Below are positions 38,666-49,293 of a stretch of DNA of 64,000 bases, one piece after another; position 1 is the first letter of the stretch, and every line of letters begins with the position of its first letter. The DNA is taken from the NCBI GenBank assembly GCA_963717505.1, contig OY970342.1:672001-736000 (forward strand), given 5' to 3'. The translations under genes were made by a program, and so were the position numbers. The DNA comes from Candidatus Eiseniibacteriota bacterium. GTDB lineage: Bacteria; Eisenbacteria; RBG-16-71-46. The notes below the pieces were generated by a model that was not told the DNA's origin, did not search any database, and saw nothing but the letters and a program-made list of their open reading frames with translations.

Positions 38666-40273
38666 ATGCGGCAGGCTATGCGGTCCCTGGCAATCATCGT
38701 AGCGATTGTGGCTCTGTCGCGCCCTGCGGCATGCGCCGATCTTGTTGAAGACAAGTCGATGGTCGAGTTGCAAGCCATGCTTGCGAACGGCGCCACGACG
38801 TCGGAAGCGCTGGTCGCGGCCTACCTTGCCCGCATCGAGGCGATCGACCGCTCGGGACCCACCCTGCGCAGCGTGCTGGCGCTGAACCCACGGGCGGCCG
38901 ATGACGCCCGCGCGCTCGATGCCGAGCGCAAGACGGGCAAAGTGCGCGGGCCCTTGCACGGCATTCCCATCCTGCTCAAGGACAACATCGAAAGCGCCGA
39001 CCCGTTGCCGACGACCGCAGGGTCGCTCGCGCTCACCGCCAACGTGACCGGCCGCGATGCGCCGTTCGTCGCCCGCCTGCGTGCCGCCGGCGTCATCATC
39101 CTGGGCAAGACGAACTTGTCCGAGTGGGCGAACATCCGCTCGTCGCGTTCGATCAGCGGCTGGAGCGCGGTGGGTGGCCTGACACGCAACCCGTATGCAT
39201 TGGACCGCAGTGCGTGCGGTTCGAGTTCAGGTTCGGGTGCTGCCGTCGCGGCAAGCCTTGCGGCCGCGGCCATCGGCACCGAGACCAACGGCTCGATCGT
39301 GTGTCCGTCCACGATGAACGGCCTCGTCGGCATCAAGCCGACGGTGGGTCTTGTCTCGCGCACGCACGTCGTGCCGATCAGCCACTCGCAGGACACGCCA
39401 GGTCCGATGACGCGTACTGTCGCCGACCTCGCCGCGCTCTTGACCGTGATGGCGGGAAGCGATCCCGCCGACGCTGCAACCAAACCCGCCGATGCGCGCA
39501 AATCCGACTACAGCACGGCTCTCGACGCCGGCGCGCTGAAAGGCAAGCGTATCGGCGTCATGAAGTTCGCAAGCGGATACCACGCGCTCACCGACAGCGT
39601 CTTCGCGAAAGCGCTCGAGGACATCAAGGCCGCGGGCGCCGAGCTCGTCGAAATCGCGGAACTCCCCACCCTCGACCAGATCAACGAGTCCTGGGCTCCT
39701 GTCTTGCTGACCGAACTGAAAGCCGACCTCAACGCCTACCTCGCGACCACGCCGCCCGCCGTGAAATCACGGACGCTGAAGGACGTGATTGCATTCAATG
39801 CCGCGAGCCCGGCCGAACTCGCGCTCTTCGGCCAGGACCTGTTCGAGCAGGCGGAGCAAACCAAGGGCCTCGCCGACTCCACCTACCGCAAAGTGGCTGC
39901 GACGGCGAAGCGCCTCGCCGGTCCGCAAGGCATCGACAGCCTGCTGAAGCAGCACCAGCTCGATGCGCTCGTCGCGCCTACCGGCGGCCCCGCATGGACG
40001 GTCGACGTCGTCACCGGCGACCACTTCCTGGGCGCGTCCTCGACTCTGCCTGCGGTCGCCGGCTACCCGAGCATCACGGTGCCGATGGGCGAAGCGCGCG
40101 GCCTGCCGGTCGGCCTCTCCTTCATAGGCACGGCATGGTCGGAGGCGAAGCTGATTGGCCTCGCCTATGCTTTCGAACAGAAGACCAAGGCGCGCAAACC
40201 GCCGCGCTATCTGCGCAGCGTCGAAGACCTGGACGACGTGCGCCCGGCGCTCGCACCCGCCAAAGCGAATTAG
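38666..40273 (+). CDS. Amidase-signature family enzyme, secreted
   Basis: GPLHGIPILLKDN, GKTNLSEW, GSSSGS, GTETNGSI; signal peptide. Confidence 0.93.
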   Translation: MRQAMRSLAIIVAIVALSRPAACADLVEDKSMVELQAMLANGATTSEALVAAYLARIEAIDRSGPTLRSVLALNPRAADDARALDAERKTGKVRGPLHGIPILLKDNIESADPLPTTAGSLALTANVTGRDAPFVARLRAAGVIILGKTNLSEWANIRSSRSISGWSAVGGLTRNPYALDRSACGSSSGSGAAVAASLAAAAIGTETNGSIVCPSTMNGLVGIKPTVGLVSRTHVVPISHSQDTPGPMTRTVADLAALLTVMAGSDPADAATKPADARKSDYSTALDAGALKGKRIGVMKFASGYHALTDSVFAKALEDIKAAGAELVEIAELPTLDQINESWAPVLLTELKADLNAYLATTPPAVKSRTLKDVIAFNAASPAELALFGQDLFEQAEQTKGLADSTYRKVAATAKRLAGPQGIDSLLKQHQLDALVAPTGGPAWTVDVVTGDHFLGASSTLPAVAGYPSITVPMGEARGLPVGLSFIGTAWSEAKLIGLAYAFEQKTKARKPPRYLRSVEDLDDVRPALAPAKAN

Positions 40274-40372
40274 CGCAATTTAGGCGCTGCGCGTCCATTC
40301 GCGCTGCGCTATCCTCTTGTCATTCCATTCCAAACTGCGGTTCGCCCGTCTGCCTGCCTGATAGGAGTTCCG

Positions 40373-43042
40373 ATGAGCGCGCTCCCCCGCTGCGCCCTAC
40401 CCGCCGCTCTGGCCACCTTGCTGCAGTTCGCCCCTTCCCGTGCGGTTCCCGCCGAGCAGGCGCCGCCGCGCCTGGATCGCACCGCCATCCCCACCGCACA
40501 GTCCGTGGATCTGACGTGTGATCCAGAAAAGCCCGACTACACGGGAACGGCGCGCATCACGCTCGACGTGAAGCAACCCACCGACGTCCTGCGTTTCCAC
40601 GCGCGCGCGTTGACGATCGACAGTGCCACGCTCGAAGGTCCTCGTGGCACGCTCAAGGCCTCTGCGATCGAGCCGCTCGAGCCCGAACAGGTGCGTCTGC
40701 GCTTCCCGGCCACGGTCGCACCCGGCACGTACACGTTGACGCTCGCCTTCCACAACGCCTACAACACGCGGTCGATCTCGCTCTACAAGGTGTCGACTGG
40801 TGGGCACGCGTACCTTTTCACTCAATTTGAAGACACCGAGGCGCGCGAGGCGTTCCCCTGCTGGGACGAGCCGGAGTTCAAGATCCCCTGGCGCATGACG
40901 CTCCGGGTGCCCGCCACGGACCTGGCGGTGAGCAACACGCCCATCGCCAGCGAGACGCGTTCGGGAGCGAACAAGATCGTGGTGTTCGAGCCGACGCGCC
41001 CGCTGCCCTCCTACCTCATCGCGATTGCGGTCGGACCCTTCGAGACGGTGCCGATCCCCGCGATGTCGGTGCCGGGCCGCGTGGTCACGGTGCAGGGCGC
41101 GGGCCCATTGGCGGCCGACGCAGTGAAGGCCGCGGCACCGCTGCTCAAGTCACTCGAGCGCTACTTTGGCCGGCCCTATCCCTACACGAAGCTCGACCTG
41201 ATCGCCGCTCCCGAATTCTTGTACGGCGCCATGGAAAACGCCGGCGCCATCGTGTTTGCCGACCGCGCGCTGCTGATCGACCCGGCGATCGCGAGCCCCC
41301 AGCAGCGCACGCGTGTGTTCAGCGTCATGGCGCACGAAATGGCGCACATGTGGTTCGGCGACCTGGTCACCATGAAATGGTGGGACGACCTGTGGCTCAA
41401 CGAGTCGTTCGCCACGTGGATGGCGGACAAGGCGATGGACGACGTCTACCCTCGCGATCGGGAAGGCGTGACAGCGCTATTCAGCGTCCAGCGGGCATTC
41501 ACCACTGATTCCCGGCTCTCGACGCGCGCCATGCGCGGCAAGATCGAGGGCGCCACCACGCTGCAAGAGACCGCCAACGAGCTGACGTACAACAAGGGTG
41601 GCGCCGTGCTCACCATGTTCGAGGGCTGGGTGGGGCCCGACAAGTTCCGCGCCGGCGTGCTCGACTACTTGAAGGCGCACGAGTGGGCAAACGCGGAAGG
41701 CCGCGACCTGTGGCTCGCGATCGGCAAGCAATCGGGTGAGGACATCGACGCCGCCATGGCGAGCTTCCTGGACCAGGCCGGTGTTCCGCTGGTCACGTTG
41801 GAGCCGGTGGGCGGCGGGCGCGTGAAGCTCTCGCAGCGCCGATTCCTTACGGTGGGCGAAGCTCCGGCGGATACTCAGGTGTGGCGGATCCCCGTGATCC
41901 TGCGCTATCCGTCGGGCCGCGACCTGCGCACGCTGCGTGTATGGCTCTCCCAGCGCGACACCATCGCGGATCTGGGCGTTGCCGCCTTGCCGGCCTGGAT
42001 CATGCCCAACGCCGGAGCGAGCGGCTACTACCGCTGGCGCGTTCCCGAGGCGATGCGGGACTCACTGCTCCGCGCGGCGCGTGGTTCGCTCAACGAGCGA
42101 GAACGGATCGATGTGATCTGCAACCTCACGGCCCAGCTTCGGGCGGGCGCCGAGCGTGGCGACCGCTACCTGCAGATGATCGCCACGATGGCCGACGATC
42201 CCGACCCCGACGTCCTGCGCGCGGGCATGGGGTCGTTCGACGACACGCGAATCGCTCTCACCACACCGCGCTCCTCCACTGCCCTCGCCGCCTACGTGCG
42301 CACCACGTTCGACCCGGCTCTTCATCGCCTGGGGCTCGTGCCGAGCCCCGACGAACTGCCCGGTGCCTCGGTCGCGCGCGCTCAGTTGTTGCGCCTGCTC
42401 GCCGACGCCGGGAACAGCACGCCGGTGCTCGCATACGCGGAAAGCTTGAGCCAGGTCTATCGGAATTCACCGACTTCCGTAGCGCCGTCGTTGGTCGACT
42501 GTTCGATCGTGCTGGGGGCGCGCCGGGGGAACTCGGCGATGTTCGAGGACTACCGCCAGCGCTTCGAGACCACCACCGTGCCGAATGACCGCACGCTCTA
42601 CCTGGTTGGAATGGGCTCGTTCCGGGACCCGACGATTCGGGCGTCTGCGCTCGAGTACACCCTGAAGGGCCCGCTCCGCCCGCATGAGACCCAGGTCATT
42701 CCTGCCTCGATGGGCGAGACCGGCCTCACGTCGTACGGGGGTCGCGGCGGCGGCGGTGAATTCTCGGATGAAATGGCCAAGTGGACGCTCGACCATTGGG
42801 ACGAGCTGGTGGCGAAAATGCCGCCGAACTTCGCCACGCGGAATCTGCAAATGACCGGGGGTTGTTCCCGGGAACGCGTCGCCGGGCTCAAGCAGTTTTT
42901 CGCGGATCCCAGGCGCGACACCCCGGGAATCCGGGCCACGCTGCGGCGCATGGCCGATGCGATGGAGGAGTGCTCGAGCCTGCACGATCGCGAAGCAGGT
43001 CGGGTCGAGCAGTGGCTGAATTCCGCGGCAACCGCCCCGTAA
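40373..43042 (+). CDS. M1 family aminopeptidase with ERAP1-like C-terminal domain
   Basis: GAMEN, HEMAH(x18)E in WLNESFA, YNKG; signal peptide. Confidence 0.93.
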   Translation: MSALPRCALPAALATLLQFAPSRAVPAEQAPPRLDRTAIPTAQSVDLTCDPEKPDYTGTARITLDVKQPTDVLRFHARALTIDSATLEGPRGTLKASAIEPLEPEQVRLRFPATVAPGTYTLTLAFHNAYNTRSISLYKVSTGGHAYLFTQFEDTEAREAFPCWDEPEFKIPWRMTLRVPATDLAVSNTPIASETRSGANKIVVFEPTRPLPSYLIAIAVGPFETVPIPAMSVPGRVVTVQGAGPLAADAVKAAAPLLKSLERYFGRPYPYTKLDLIAAPEFLYGAMENAGAIVFADRALLIDPAIASPQQRTRVFSVMAHEMAHMWFGDLVTMKWWDDLWLNESFATWMADKAMDDVYPRDREGVTALFSVQRAFTTDSRLSTRAMRGKIEGATTLQETANELTYNKGGAVLTMFEGWVGPDKFRAGVLDYLKAHEWANAEGRDLWLAIGKQSGEDIDAAMASFLDQAGVPLVTLEPVGGGRVKLSQRRFLTVGEAPADTQVWRIPVILRYPSGRDLRTLRVWLSQRDTIADLGVAALPAWIMPNAGASGYYRWRVPEAMRDSLLRAARGSLNERERIDVICNLTAQLRAGAERGDRYLQMIATMADDPDPDVLRAGMGSFDDTRIALTTPRSSTALAAYVRTTFDPALHRLGLVPSPDELPGASVARAQLLRLLADAGNSTPVLAYAESLSQVYRNSPTSVAPSLVDCSIVLGARRGNSAMFEDYRQRFETTTVPNDRTLYLVGMGSFRDPTIRASALEYTLKGPLRPHETQVIPASMGETGLTSYGGRGGGGEFSDEMAKWTLDHWDELVAKMPPNFATRNLQMTGGCSRERVAGLKQFFADPRRDTPGIRATLRRMADAMEECSSLHDREAGRVEQWLNSAATAP

Positions 43043-43060
43043 CGAGTAGGCAAACGACTA

Positions 43061-43453
43061 TCAAGTCTCGAGGTCTTTGATCAGGCAGAACTTGTTGCCG
43101 AACGGATCCAGCATCACGGCCCATTCCAGGTAGGGACGGTCCGCCCCGATCGGGTAGGTCCCCTTCTCGCGAAAGAGCGTCGCGCCCAGCGCTAGGGCCT
43201 GCTGAACGGCGACGTCGACATCCGCGACGGTCAGATCGAGGTGGGCGTTGTTCGTGGGGGCCGGCTGCTGCTTGGTCACTCCCTGGAGCAGGATCGAATG
43301 CGACGCCTTGTCGCCCAGCCTGGAATAGGGCGTCGGGTGCCCGACCCTGCTGAAGCGAAGCGGCAGCCCGGTCATCGCCATCCAGAAGCTCTCTCCTCGC
43401 TCCAGATCGGTGACGTTCATCACGATGCAGCGAAAGGTTCCGACGGCCATCAC
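43061..43453 (-). CDS. VOC/glyoxalase family protein
   Basis: D.ER...FW, HLDL.V.D, DPFGNKFC. Confidence 0.82.
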   Translation of the reverse strand: MMAVGTFRCIVMNVTDLERGESFWMAMTGLPLRFSRVGHPTPYSRLGDKASHSILLQGVTKQQPAPTNNAHLDLTVADVDVAVQQALALGATLFREKGTYPIGADRPYLEWAVMLDPFGNKFCLIKDLET

Positions 43454-43482
43454 TGCCTCCTCGCGCGAAACGCGGTACCCGT

Positions 43483-44172
43483 CTAGAAGCCTACCCCGAC
43501 GCCGAAGGTCACCACCGGCTCCCAGCTCTCGTACGGCGAGCGGTCATCCTGCAGGACATCGAAGAGAACCTCGGCATAGACGGCCGTGCGCGGACTGATC
43601 GGGCGGATGAAGCCGCCACCCACCAGCAGGAACGGCACCCATTCGCGGGTGGACGAGTTGGGCCCGGTGAAGATTTCGTAGTTGACGTTCTGGTATTCGC
43701 CGTGGGCGTAGAGATTCGGACGCAGGCGGTAATTCGCGAAAACGCTTCCGCCGTAGTTGTTCGAGGACTGATTGGAGCCGTAGCTCACGTACTCGTAGCC
43801 GCCCTCCACGCCTCCGGAAATTTTCGGCGTCAGCTTATAGCCCACCATCGGGAAAAACCCGATGCGTGTCGTCGATCCGACCGAGAGCGTTACCGAACCG
43901 CCATAGTAGATGCGATCGTTCGGCGCGGATTGGTTGGAAGTAGCGGGCGGCGGCGTCGACGCGGGTGGCGGCGTCGACGCGGGTGGCGGCGCTTGCGTGG
44001 CTGCCGCCGGCGGAGTCACGACCGGGGCCACCGCGGTGGTGTCGGGTTCCGCCACCGTGGTGTCGGGTGCGGCCGCGGTGGTGTCGGCGGCCACCGGCAG
44101 AGCCGCGTGCGCGGTTACTGCTGACCCCGACACACCAATTGCCAGCAGAATCACGAGAATCTTCGGTTTCAT
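43483..44172 (-). CDS. Outer-membrane beta-barrel protein with Pro/Ala/Thr-rich linker
   Basis: GAGGAG RBS; signal peptide; low-complexity linker; about 8 strands ending FGVGVGF. Confidence 0.7.
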   Translation of the reverse strand: MKPKILVILLAIGVSGSAVTAHAALPVAADTTAAAPDTTVAEPDTTAVAPVVTPPAAATQAPPPASTPPPASTPPPATSNQSAPNDRIYYGGSVTLSVGSTTRIGFFPMVGYKLTPKISGGVEGGYEYVSYGSNQSSNNYGGSVFANYRLRPNLYAHGEYQNVNYEIFTGPNSSTREWVPFLLVGGGFIRPISPRTAVYAEVLFDVLQDDRSPYESWEPVVTFGVGVGF

Positions 44173-44322
44173 ATCGAGCTCCTCATTGTTGTGGGGGTGC
44201 TTTGGCATGATAGGTGAACTCGCCGGCGCGGGTCGAGCGATCGGAGAGGAAGGAATTCCAAGAGTTCGTGGACGCGGTCCCAGGGCGGCAGGGTCATGTT
44301 TGCGCCAACCCTAGCACGTGAA

Positions 44323-44661
44323 TCATCGACCGCGCGTCACGATCCACACCGCGAGCGTCCAGGTCGGCACCAGTCCCACGAACGGCACCAGCTCCGCGAG
44401 GAAGGTGGGCAGGAACGCCCAATGGAACCCCAGCAGGCCGATCATCGCGAACGCGACCACGACGTCGAGCACGTCGGCCACCGGCGACGTTGCGCCCCAC
44501 ACGAACATCGGGAGCGCCGCCCACTGAACGACGTCGGCGGCGATCGCGACGGCGAAGGCGATGCGACGCCTGGCGGGTGCGAGCGGAGGCGCACGCCGTT
44601 CGCCCGCCCGAGAGATTCTTTCGACATCGGGCTCCTCGATCTTCGGAGGGACCTCGATCAT
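44323..44661 (-). CDS. Small hypothetical membrane protein
   Basis: Hydrophobic; AD..Q and LPTF.AEL.P....VPTWT pattern. Confidence 0.6.
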   Translation of the reverse strand: MIEVPPKIEEPDVERISRAGERRAPPLAPARRRIAFAVAIAADVVQWAALPMFVWGATSPVADVLDVVVAFAMIGLLGFHWAFLPTFLAELVPFVGLVPTWTLAVWIVTRGR

Positions 44662-44772
44662 GCACTCTCTCCACGAGCGGGCGGCCTCTGCATCGGATGG
44701 GTGCGATCGTCACGCCTCGAACCCCGCCCGAGACGATACTTGATCCCGCGGGCGTGCATCACATCCGACCGG

Positions 44773-45846
44773 TCACGACGGCGTGGCAATACCCTCGACC
44801 ATCGAGTGATCCAGCCTGGGAACCAAGTGCAGCAGCAGCTCCAAAGCCGCGAGATAGTCGTCGATGTCGACGATCGACACGTGACTATGGATGTACCGCA
44901 CCGGAACTCCGAGCACGATCGAGGGCACGCCTCTCCCCACCTGGTGAATCGCCCCACCATTGGTCCCTCCCGCCTGCCAGACGGCGACCTGATGAGCGAT
45001 CCCCCGTGACTTCGCGGTTTCCAGCACCAGCTCGCACAGGCGCGGATTCGGAATCATCGTGGGGTCGTAGAGCCGCACGTGAACCCCCGCGCCCAATCGG
45101 CACTGCGCCGCCAGGCGATCCCCCGGCGGCGCGTCATCGGCATAGGGTCCTTCCAGGACGATCGCCAGGTCGGGCTTCACCGCCTCGGTCACGGTGCGTG
45201 CGCCGCGCAGGCCGATTTCCTCCTGCGCGCTTCCCGCGCCGATCACCGTGTTCGGATGCTCACCCAGGCGTTCTAGAGTCTCGATCACGAGCGCCACGCC
45301 CACGCGGTTGTCGAAGGCCTTCGCCGAGAACAACCGCTCGCTGGTCATTGGCAGGAACGGGGCGTAGGGCACGATCGGGCAGCCTGGGAGCACGCCGTAT
45401 TCCGCCGCGTGTTCCCGGGTTCCTGCCCCGACGTCGATGAACAGCTCGCTGAAATCGAGGACGCGGTCGCGCTCGCTGGGTTTGAGCACATGTGGCGGCC
45501 GGGAGCCGATGACCCCGTGCACCTTGCCGCGTCGAGTCAGGATGCGGACTCGCTGCGCGAGAAGCGCGTGCGCCCACCAGCCACCGAGTGGAAGGAACTT
45601 GACCAGTCCCGCCGGCGTGACGCTTTGCACGATGAAGCCCACTTCGTCGAGATGCGAATCGAGAAGGATGCGTGGGACGTCGCCCGCGCCACGCTTGGTG
45701 CAGAAGATGCTCCCCAATCGATCGCTCCCGATCTCTCCGACTCCCGACAGTCGCGACCGGAAGATCTCGCGCACCTCGGCCTCGTGCCCGGGCACGGCGT
45801 CGGCCTGAGTCAGGTCGCGAAGGAGATCGATCGAAGCCCGGCTCAC
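44773..45846 (-). CDS. M42 family aminopeptidase
   Basis: SHLDEVG, KAFDNR.G, QEEIGLRGA, RYIHSH. Confidence 0.92.
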   Translation of the reverse strand: MSRASIDLLRDLTQADAVPGHEAEVREIFRSRLSGVGEIGSDRLGSIFCTKRGAGDVPRILLDSHLDEVGFIVQSVTPAGLVKFLPLGGWWAHALLAQRVRILTRRGKVHGVIGSRPPHVLKPSERDRVLDFSELFIDVGAGTREHAAEYGVLPGCPIVPYAPFLPMTSERLFSAKAFDNRVGVALVIETLERLGEHPNTVIGAGSAQEEIGLRGARTVTEAVKPDLAIVLEGPYADDAPPGDRLAAQCRLGAGVHVRLYDPTMIPNPRLCELVLETAKSRGIAHQVAVWQAGGTNGGAIHQVGRGVPSIVLGVPVRYIHSHVSIVDIDDYLAALELLLHLVPRLDHSMVEGIATPS

Positions 45847-45862
45847 CCGTTTCTCCGATGGG

Positions 45863-46882
45863 TCATACGGACACCGAGGTCCTCGCCGCCAGCGTCACGG
45901 TTTGTCCACGACCCGTGGCCACCGAGCGTTCGTAGGCGAGCACCGCGGCCGCAACGTCCTGAATCGCCGTCCCGGTGCTGTCGAACAAGGTCAGCTCGTC
46001 GTCCGACGACCTGCCGCGCTTGGCGCCGGTGACGACTTGGCCCAGCTCGGCGTGGACGCCGTCCACGGTCATGACACCAGCGGCGACCGCGTGGTGCAGA
46101 TCCCCGATGCTCAGACACTGGTCGAGCACGTCGACCACCACGGTGGCGCCCCGAAAGAGCTCGGCGTGGATTTCATGCTTCTCGGGGTGATCCGCGCCGA
46201 CTGCGGCCACGAACGCGCCGGGTCGAACGTGCTCGGGACCGAGGAACGGCTGGCGCGAGGGCGTGCAAGTCACCCAGACGTCACTCGCGCGACAAGAGGA
46301 CAAGTCCCGAACCGCCGTCACCGGAAGGCAGAGGGTTGCCGACATCTCCTTCGCAAAGCGCCGGGCCTTGTCTTCGTCATGGTCCAGGACCTGGACTCGC
46401 TCGATCGGCAGCACGGTGGCCAGCGCGCGGAGCTGCGCACGACCCTGGATCCCGCAGCCGACGATCGTGGCGGTCGAGCTGTCGGGACGCGCCAGGTACT
46501 TTGCCGCGACCGCCGTGGCTGCTGCCGTGCGGAGCGTGGTGATTTCGATCGAGTCCATGAGCGCGAGCACGCGGCCGTCGGCGGCGTCGCAGAGCACGAT
46601 GACGCCCTGGATCGTCGGCAGCCCCCGTCGCGCCGGGTTCTCCGGAAAATTGCCGTTGGTCTTGGCCGCGAAATAGGAACGGCCCAGGGTCGCGGACGCC
46701 GCCTTGATGTGGAATCCGCCGCCCTCGACGTGGATTCCCAGCACTCCGGGCGGGCCGACGCCTCCGGTGGCGTGAAGCGCATGCACCCGCTCAACGGCGA
46801 GGATGCAGTCCTCGAGGCCGAGGACATCAGCCACGTCCGACGCGGTGAGGATCAAAGTCGATCCGCTGGGGACCCTAGTCAT
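45863..46882 (-). CDS. Ornithine cyclodeaminase / mu-crystallin (alanine dehydrogenase-like)
   Basis: ITTLRTAAA, IVGCG.QG, AVGAD, FDSTGTAIQD. Confidence 0.9.
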   Translation of the reverse strand: MTRVPSGSTLILTASDVADVLGLEDCILAVERVHALHATGGVGPPGVLGIHVEGGGFHIKAASATLGRSYFAAKTNGNFPENPARRGLPTIQGVIVLCDAADGRVLALMDSIEITTLRTAAATAVAAKYLARPDSSTATIVGCGIQGRAQLRALATVLPIERVQVLDHDEDKARRFAKEMSATLCLPVTAVRDLSSCRASDVWVTCTPSRQPFLGPEHVRPGAFVAAVGADHPEKHEIHAELFRGATVVVDVLDQCLSIGDLHHAVAAGVMTVDGVHAELGQVVTGAKRGRSSDDELTLFDSTGTAIQDVAAAVLAYERSVATGRGQTVTLAARTSVSV

Positions 46883-46911
46883 CGCGGTTTCCCTCGTGAA
46901 TATAGAAAAAA

Positions 46912-46947
46912 GATACACTTGATATACTGTTAGTGCAATTGTATCAT
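46912..46947 (+). promoter_or_regulatory. sigma70-type promoter overlapped by an inverted-repeat operator (chrB promoter)
   Basis: TTGATA (46919-46924), 17 nt, TATCAT (46942-46947). Dyad GATACACTTG-N14-CAATTGTATC (9/10 complementary) in an AT-rich patch. Confidence 0.75.
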
Positions 46948-46953
46948 TTCTTC

Positions 46954-47961
46954 GTGAAAACCCGGACCGACCCAAGACCCGTCGAGCCCGAGGCACCTCG
47001 TGAATCGGGCTCGGACCATCGCTGGCTCCTGCTGACTCACCAGGTTCCGCCGAGCCCCTCTTATCTCCGGGTCAAGGTCCGTCGTCAGCTGCACCGGATC
47101 GGGGCGGTCGCGCTCAAGAACTCGGTCTACGTCCTGCCGCCCGGCGACGACACGCGCGAGGACTTCGAGTGGCTGTGCCGGGAGATCGAAAGGAACGGCG
47201 GCGAGGCCACGCTTTGCCTGGCGTCGTTCCTGGACGACGCCACGGACGCCCGGATCATTGCCGCGTTTCGCGAAGCCCGAGCCGCGGACTATCGATCGAT
47301 TGCCCAGGCGGCCCGTGAGCTCTACACCCGAAACGAGGAGGAAGTGATGAAGGACACGGTACCGGTCACGCAGAAACGCGGCAGGAAGCTTCGGAAGTGG
47401 TTGGACCAGGTGACGGCCATCGACTACTTCGACGCCTCGGGTCGCGACGAGGCCGAACGGCGGATCTCGGACGTCGAGTCCTTGATGCGCGACGCGCCCG
47501 AACCGCAACCCGCCACCTCCAGTCGCACAAAGTCTCGACCCACCGGACGCACCTGGGTGACGCGACAGGGCGTCAAGGTCGATCGTATGTCGAGCGCCTG
47601 GCTCATTCGTCGTTTCATCGATCCAGCCGCGACGCTCAAGTTCGTCCCGGCCCGTGGCTACGAGGCACAGCCTGGAGAACTCCGTTTCGACATGTTCGAC
47701 GGCGAGTTCACGCACGAGGCCGACCACTGCACATTCGAAACGCTGCTCGATCGATTCGAGCTCGACGATCCAGCGCTCGCCACGCTCGGCCAGATCATTC
47801 ACGACATCGATTGCAAGGACGAGAAGTTCAGCCGCGCCGAGGTCAGCGGGGTATCGGCGATGATCGACGGCATCACTCGAGCCCACGACCAGGACGAGGA
47901 TCGGATTCAGCGCGGAACGGCGTTGTTCGACGGCCTTTACGAGCACTTCAGTTCACGGTGA
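46954..47961 (+). CDS. chrB: Chromate resistance regulator ChrB
   Basis: WLLL..Q.P....YLRVK..R.L..IGAV, WVTR....VDR..SAWLIRRFIDP.A, F.H....CTFE. Confidence 0.92.
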   Translation: MKTRTDPRPVEPEAPRESGSDHRWLLLTHQVPPSPSYLRVKVRRQLHRIGAVALKNSVYVLPPGDDTREDFEWLCREIERNGGEATLCLASFLDDATDARIIAAFREARAADYRSIAQAARELYTRNEEEVMKDTVPVTQKRGRKLRKWLDQVTAIDYFDASGRDEAERRISDVESLMRDAPEPQPATSSRTKSRPTGRTWVTRQGVKVDRMSSAWLIRRFIDPAATLKFVPARGYEAQPGELRFDMFDGEFTHEADHCTFETLLDRFELDDPALATLGQIIHDIDCKDEKFSRAEVSGVSAMIDGITRAHDQDEDRIQRGTALFDGLYEHFSSR

Positions 47962-49286
47962 TCCGAGCGGACGGTCGCGGAACGGTACCGCTCTCGACCG
48001 CGATGCCGGTGTGGACCCGGATCGCGCTGCTCAGCTTCGGCGGGCCCGCGGGACAGATCGCCGTGATGCATCGGCTCCTGGTGGACGAGCGCAAGTGGGT
48101 GAGCGAGGAGCGCTTCCTCCATTGCATGAGCTACTGCATGTTGCTGCCCGGCCCCGAAGCCCAGCAGCTGGCGACCTACCTGGGCTGGCTGCTGCACGGG
48201 ACGCGAGGCGGCCTGATCGCCGGAGTCTTGTTCGTCGTGCCCGGATTCGTGTCGATTCTGGTTCTCAGCCTGCTCTACGCCCAGTTCCGTGATACTACGA
48301 TCCTCCAAGGCATCTTCTTCGGGCTGAAGCCGGCCGTCATGGCGGTCGTGATCGAGGCGCTGCTCCGGATCGGACGGCGTGCCCTGGTCGGCCGCGGGCG
48401 AATGCTGCTCGCCCTGGTCGCGTTCATCGCGATCTTCTTCCTGCAGGTGCCGTTCCCGTTGATCGTCGCGTGTGCGGGTCTTCTCGGGTACCTCGGAAGT
48501 CGGTGGACCCGTGTGGAAGCGCCGGCCGGGGACGGACCCGAACCTGGGCTCGAGGCGATGCGGCGCCCGACGGTTCGCTCGACCGCGAGAACGATCGCCG
48601 TGTGGCTCGTGATCTGGTTCGTCCCGGTCTGGTTGCTGGCCCGCACCTTCGGAAGTCGAAGCATCTTCGTCGAGGAAGCGCTCTTCTTCAGCAAGACCGC
48701 GGTGGTCACGTTCGGGGGCGCCTACGCCGTCCTCTCGTACATCGCGCAGCAGGCGGTCGAGGCCTACCGTTGGCTGAGCCCCGGTGAAATGCTCGACGGA
48801 CTCGGCATGGCCGAGACGACGCCCGGTCCGCTCATCCAGGTCGTCCAGTTCGTCGGCTACTTGGCCGCCTACCGCAATCCCGGTGACCTTTCACCGGTGG
48901 CGGCGGGCGTGCTCGGCTCGGTGGTCACCGCATGGGTGACGTTCGTTCCCTGCTTCCTGTTCATCTTCGCCGGCGCCCCGTTCGCCGAACATCTGCGGGG
49001 CCGGCCCGGACTCAAGGGGGCGCTCTCGGCCATCACCGCAGCGATCGTCGGCGTCATCCTGAACCTTGCCGTATGGTTTTCTCTGCACACGCTGTTCGGC
49101 GAAGTCCACGAGCTGCGGTTCGGACCGCTCAGGCTCCTGACGCCCGAGTGGCGCAGCATCGACTGGTTCTCACTGGCGCTGGCGCTGGGAGCCGGAGTGG
49201 CGATGCTGCGCTTTCGTGCCAGCATGCTGGCCACGCTCGGCGTGGCCGCGGCGATCGGCCTGGCCTACGCAACACTGTTTCGTTGA
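47958..49286 (+). CDS. chrA: Chromate efflux transporter ChrA
   Basis: SFGGPAGQIA, LLPGPEA.Q, TFGGAY, ETTPGP; two CHR repeats; GTGA overlap. Confidence 0.95.
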   Translation: MIRADGRGTVPLSTAMPVWTRIALLSFGGPAGQIAVMHRLLVDERKWVSEERFLHCMSYCMLLPGPEAQQLATYLGWLLHGTRGGLIAGVLFVVPGFVSILVLSLLYAQFRDTTILQGIFFGLKPAVMAVVIEALLRIGRRALVGRGRMLLALVAFIAIFFLQVPFPLIVACAGLLGYLGSRWTRVEAPAGDGPEPGLEAMRRPTVRSTARTIAVWLVIWFVPVWLLARTFGSRSIFVEEALFFSKTAVVTFGGAYAVLSYIAQQAVEAYRWLSPGEMLDGLGMAETTPGPLIQVVQFVGYLAAYRNPGDLSPVAAGVLGSVVTAWVTFVPCFLFIFAGAPFAEHLRGRPGLKGALSAITAAIVGVILNLAVWFSLHTLFGEVHELRFGPLRLLTPEWRSIDWFSLALALGAGVAMLRFRASMLATLGVAAAIGLAYATLFR

Positions 49287-49293
49287 CGTGCGC

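Noticed and set aside
43945-43990. 18-bp tandem repeat as a CRISPR or regulatory repeat
   Set aside because: About 2.5 copies with no spacers; it simply encodes the ASTPPP linker.
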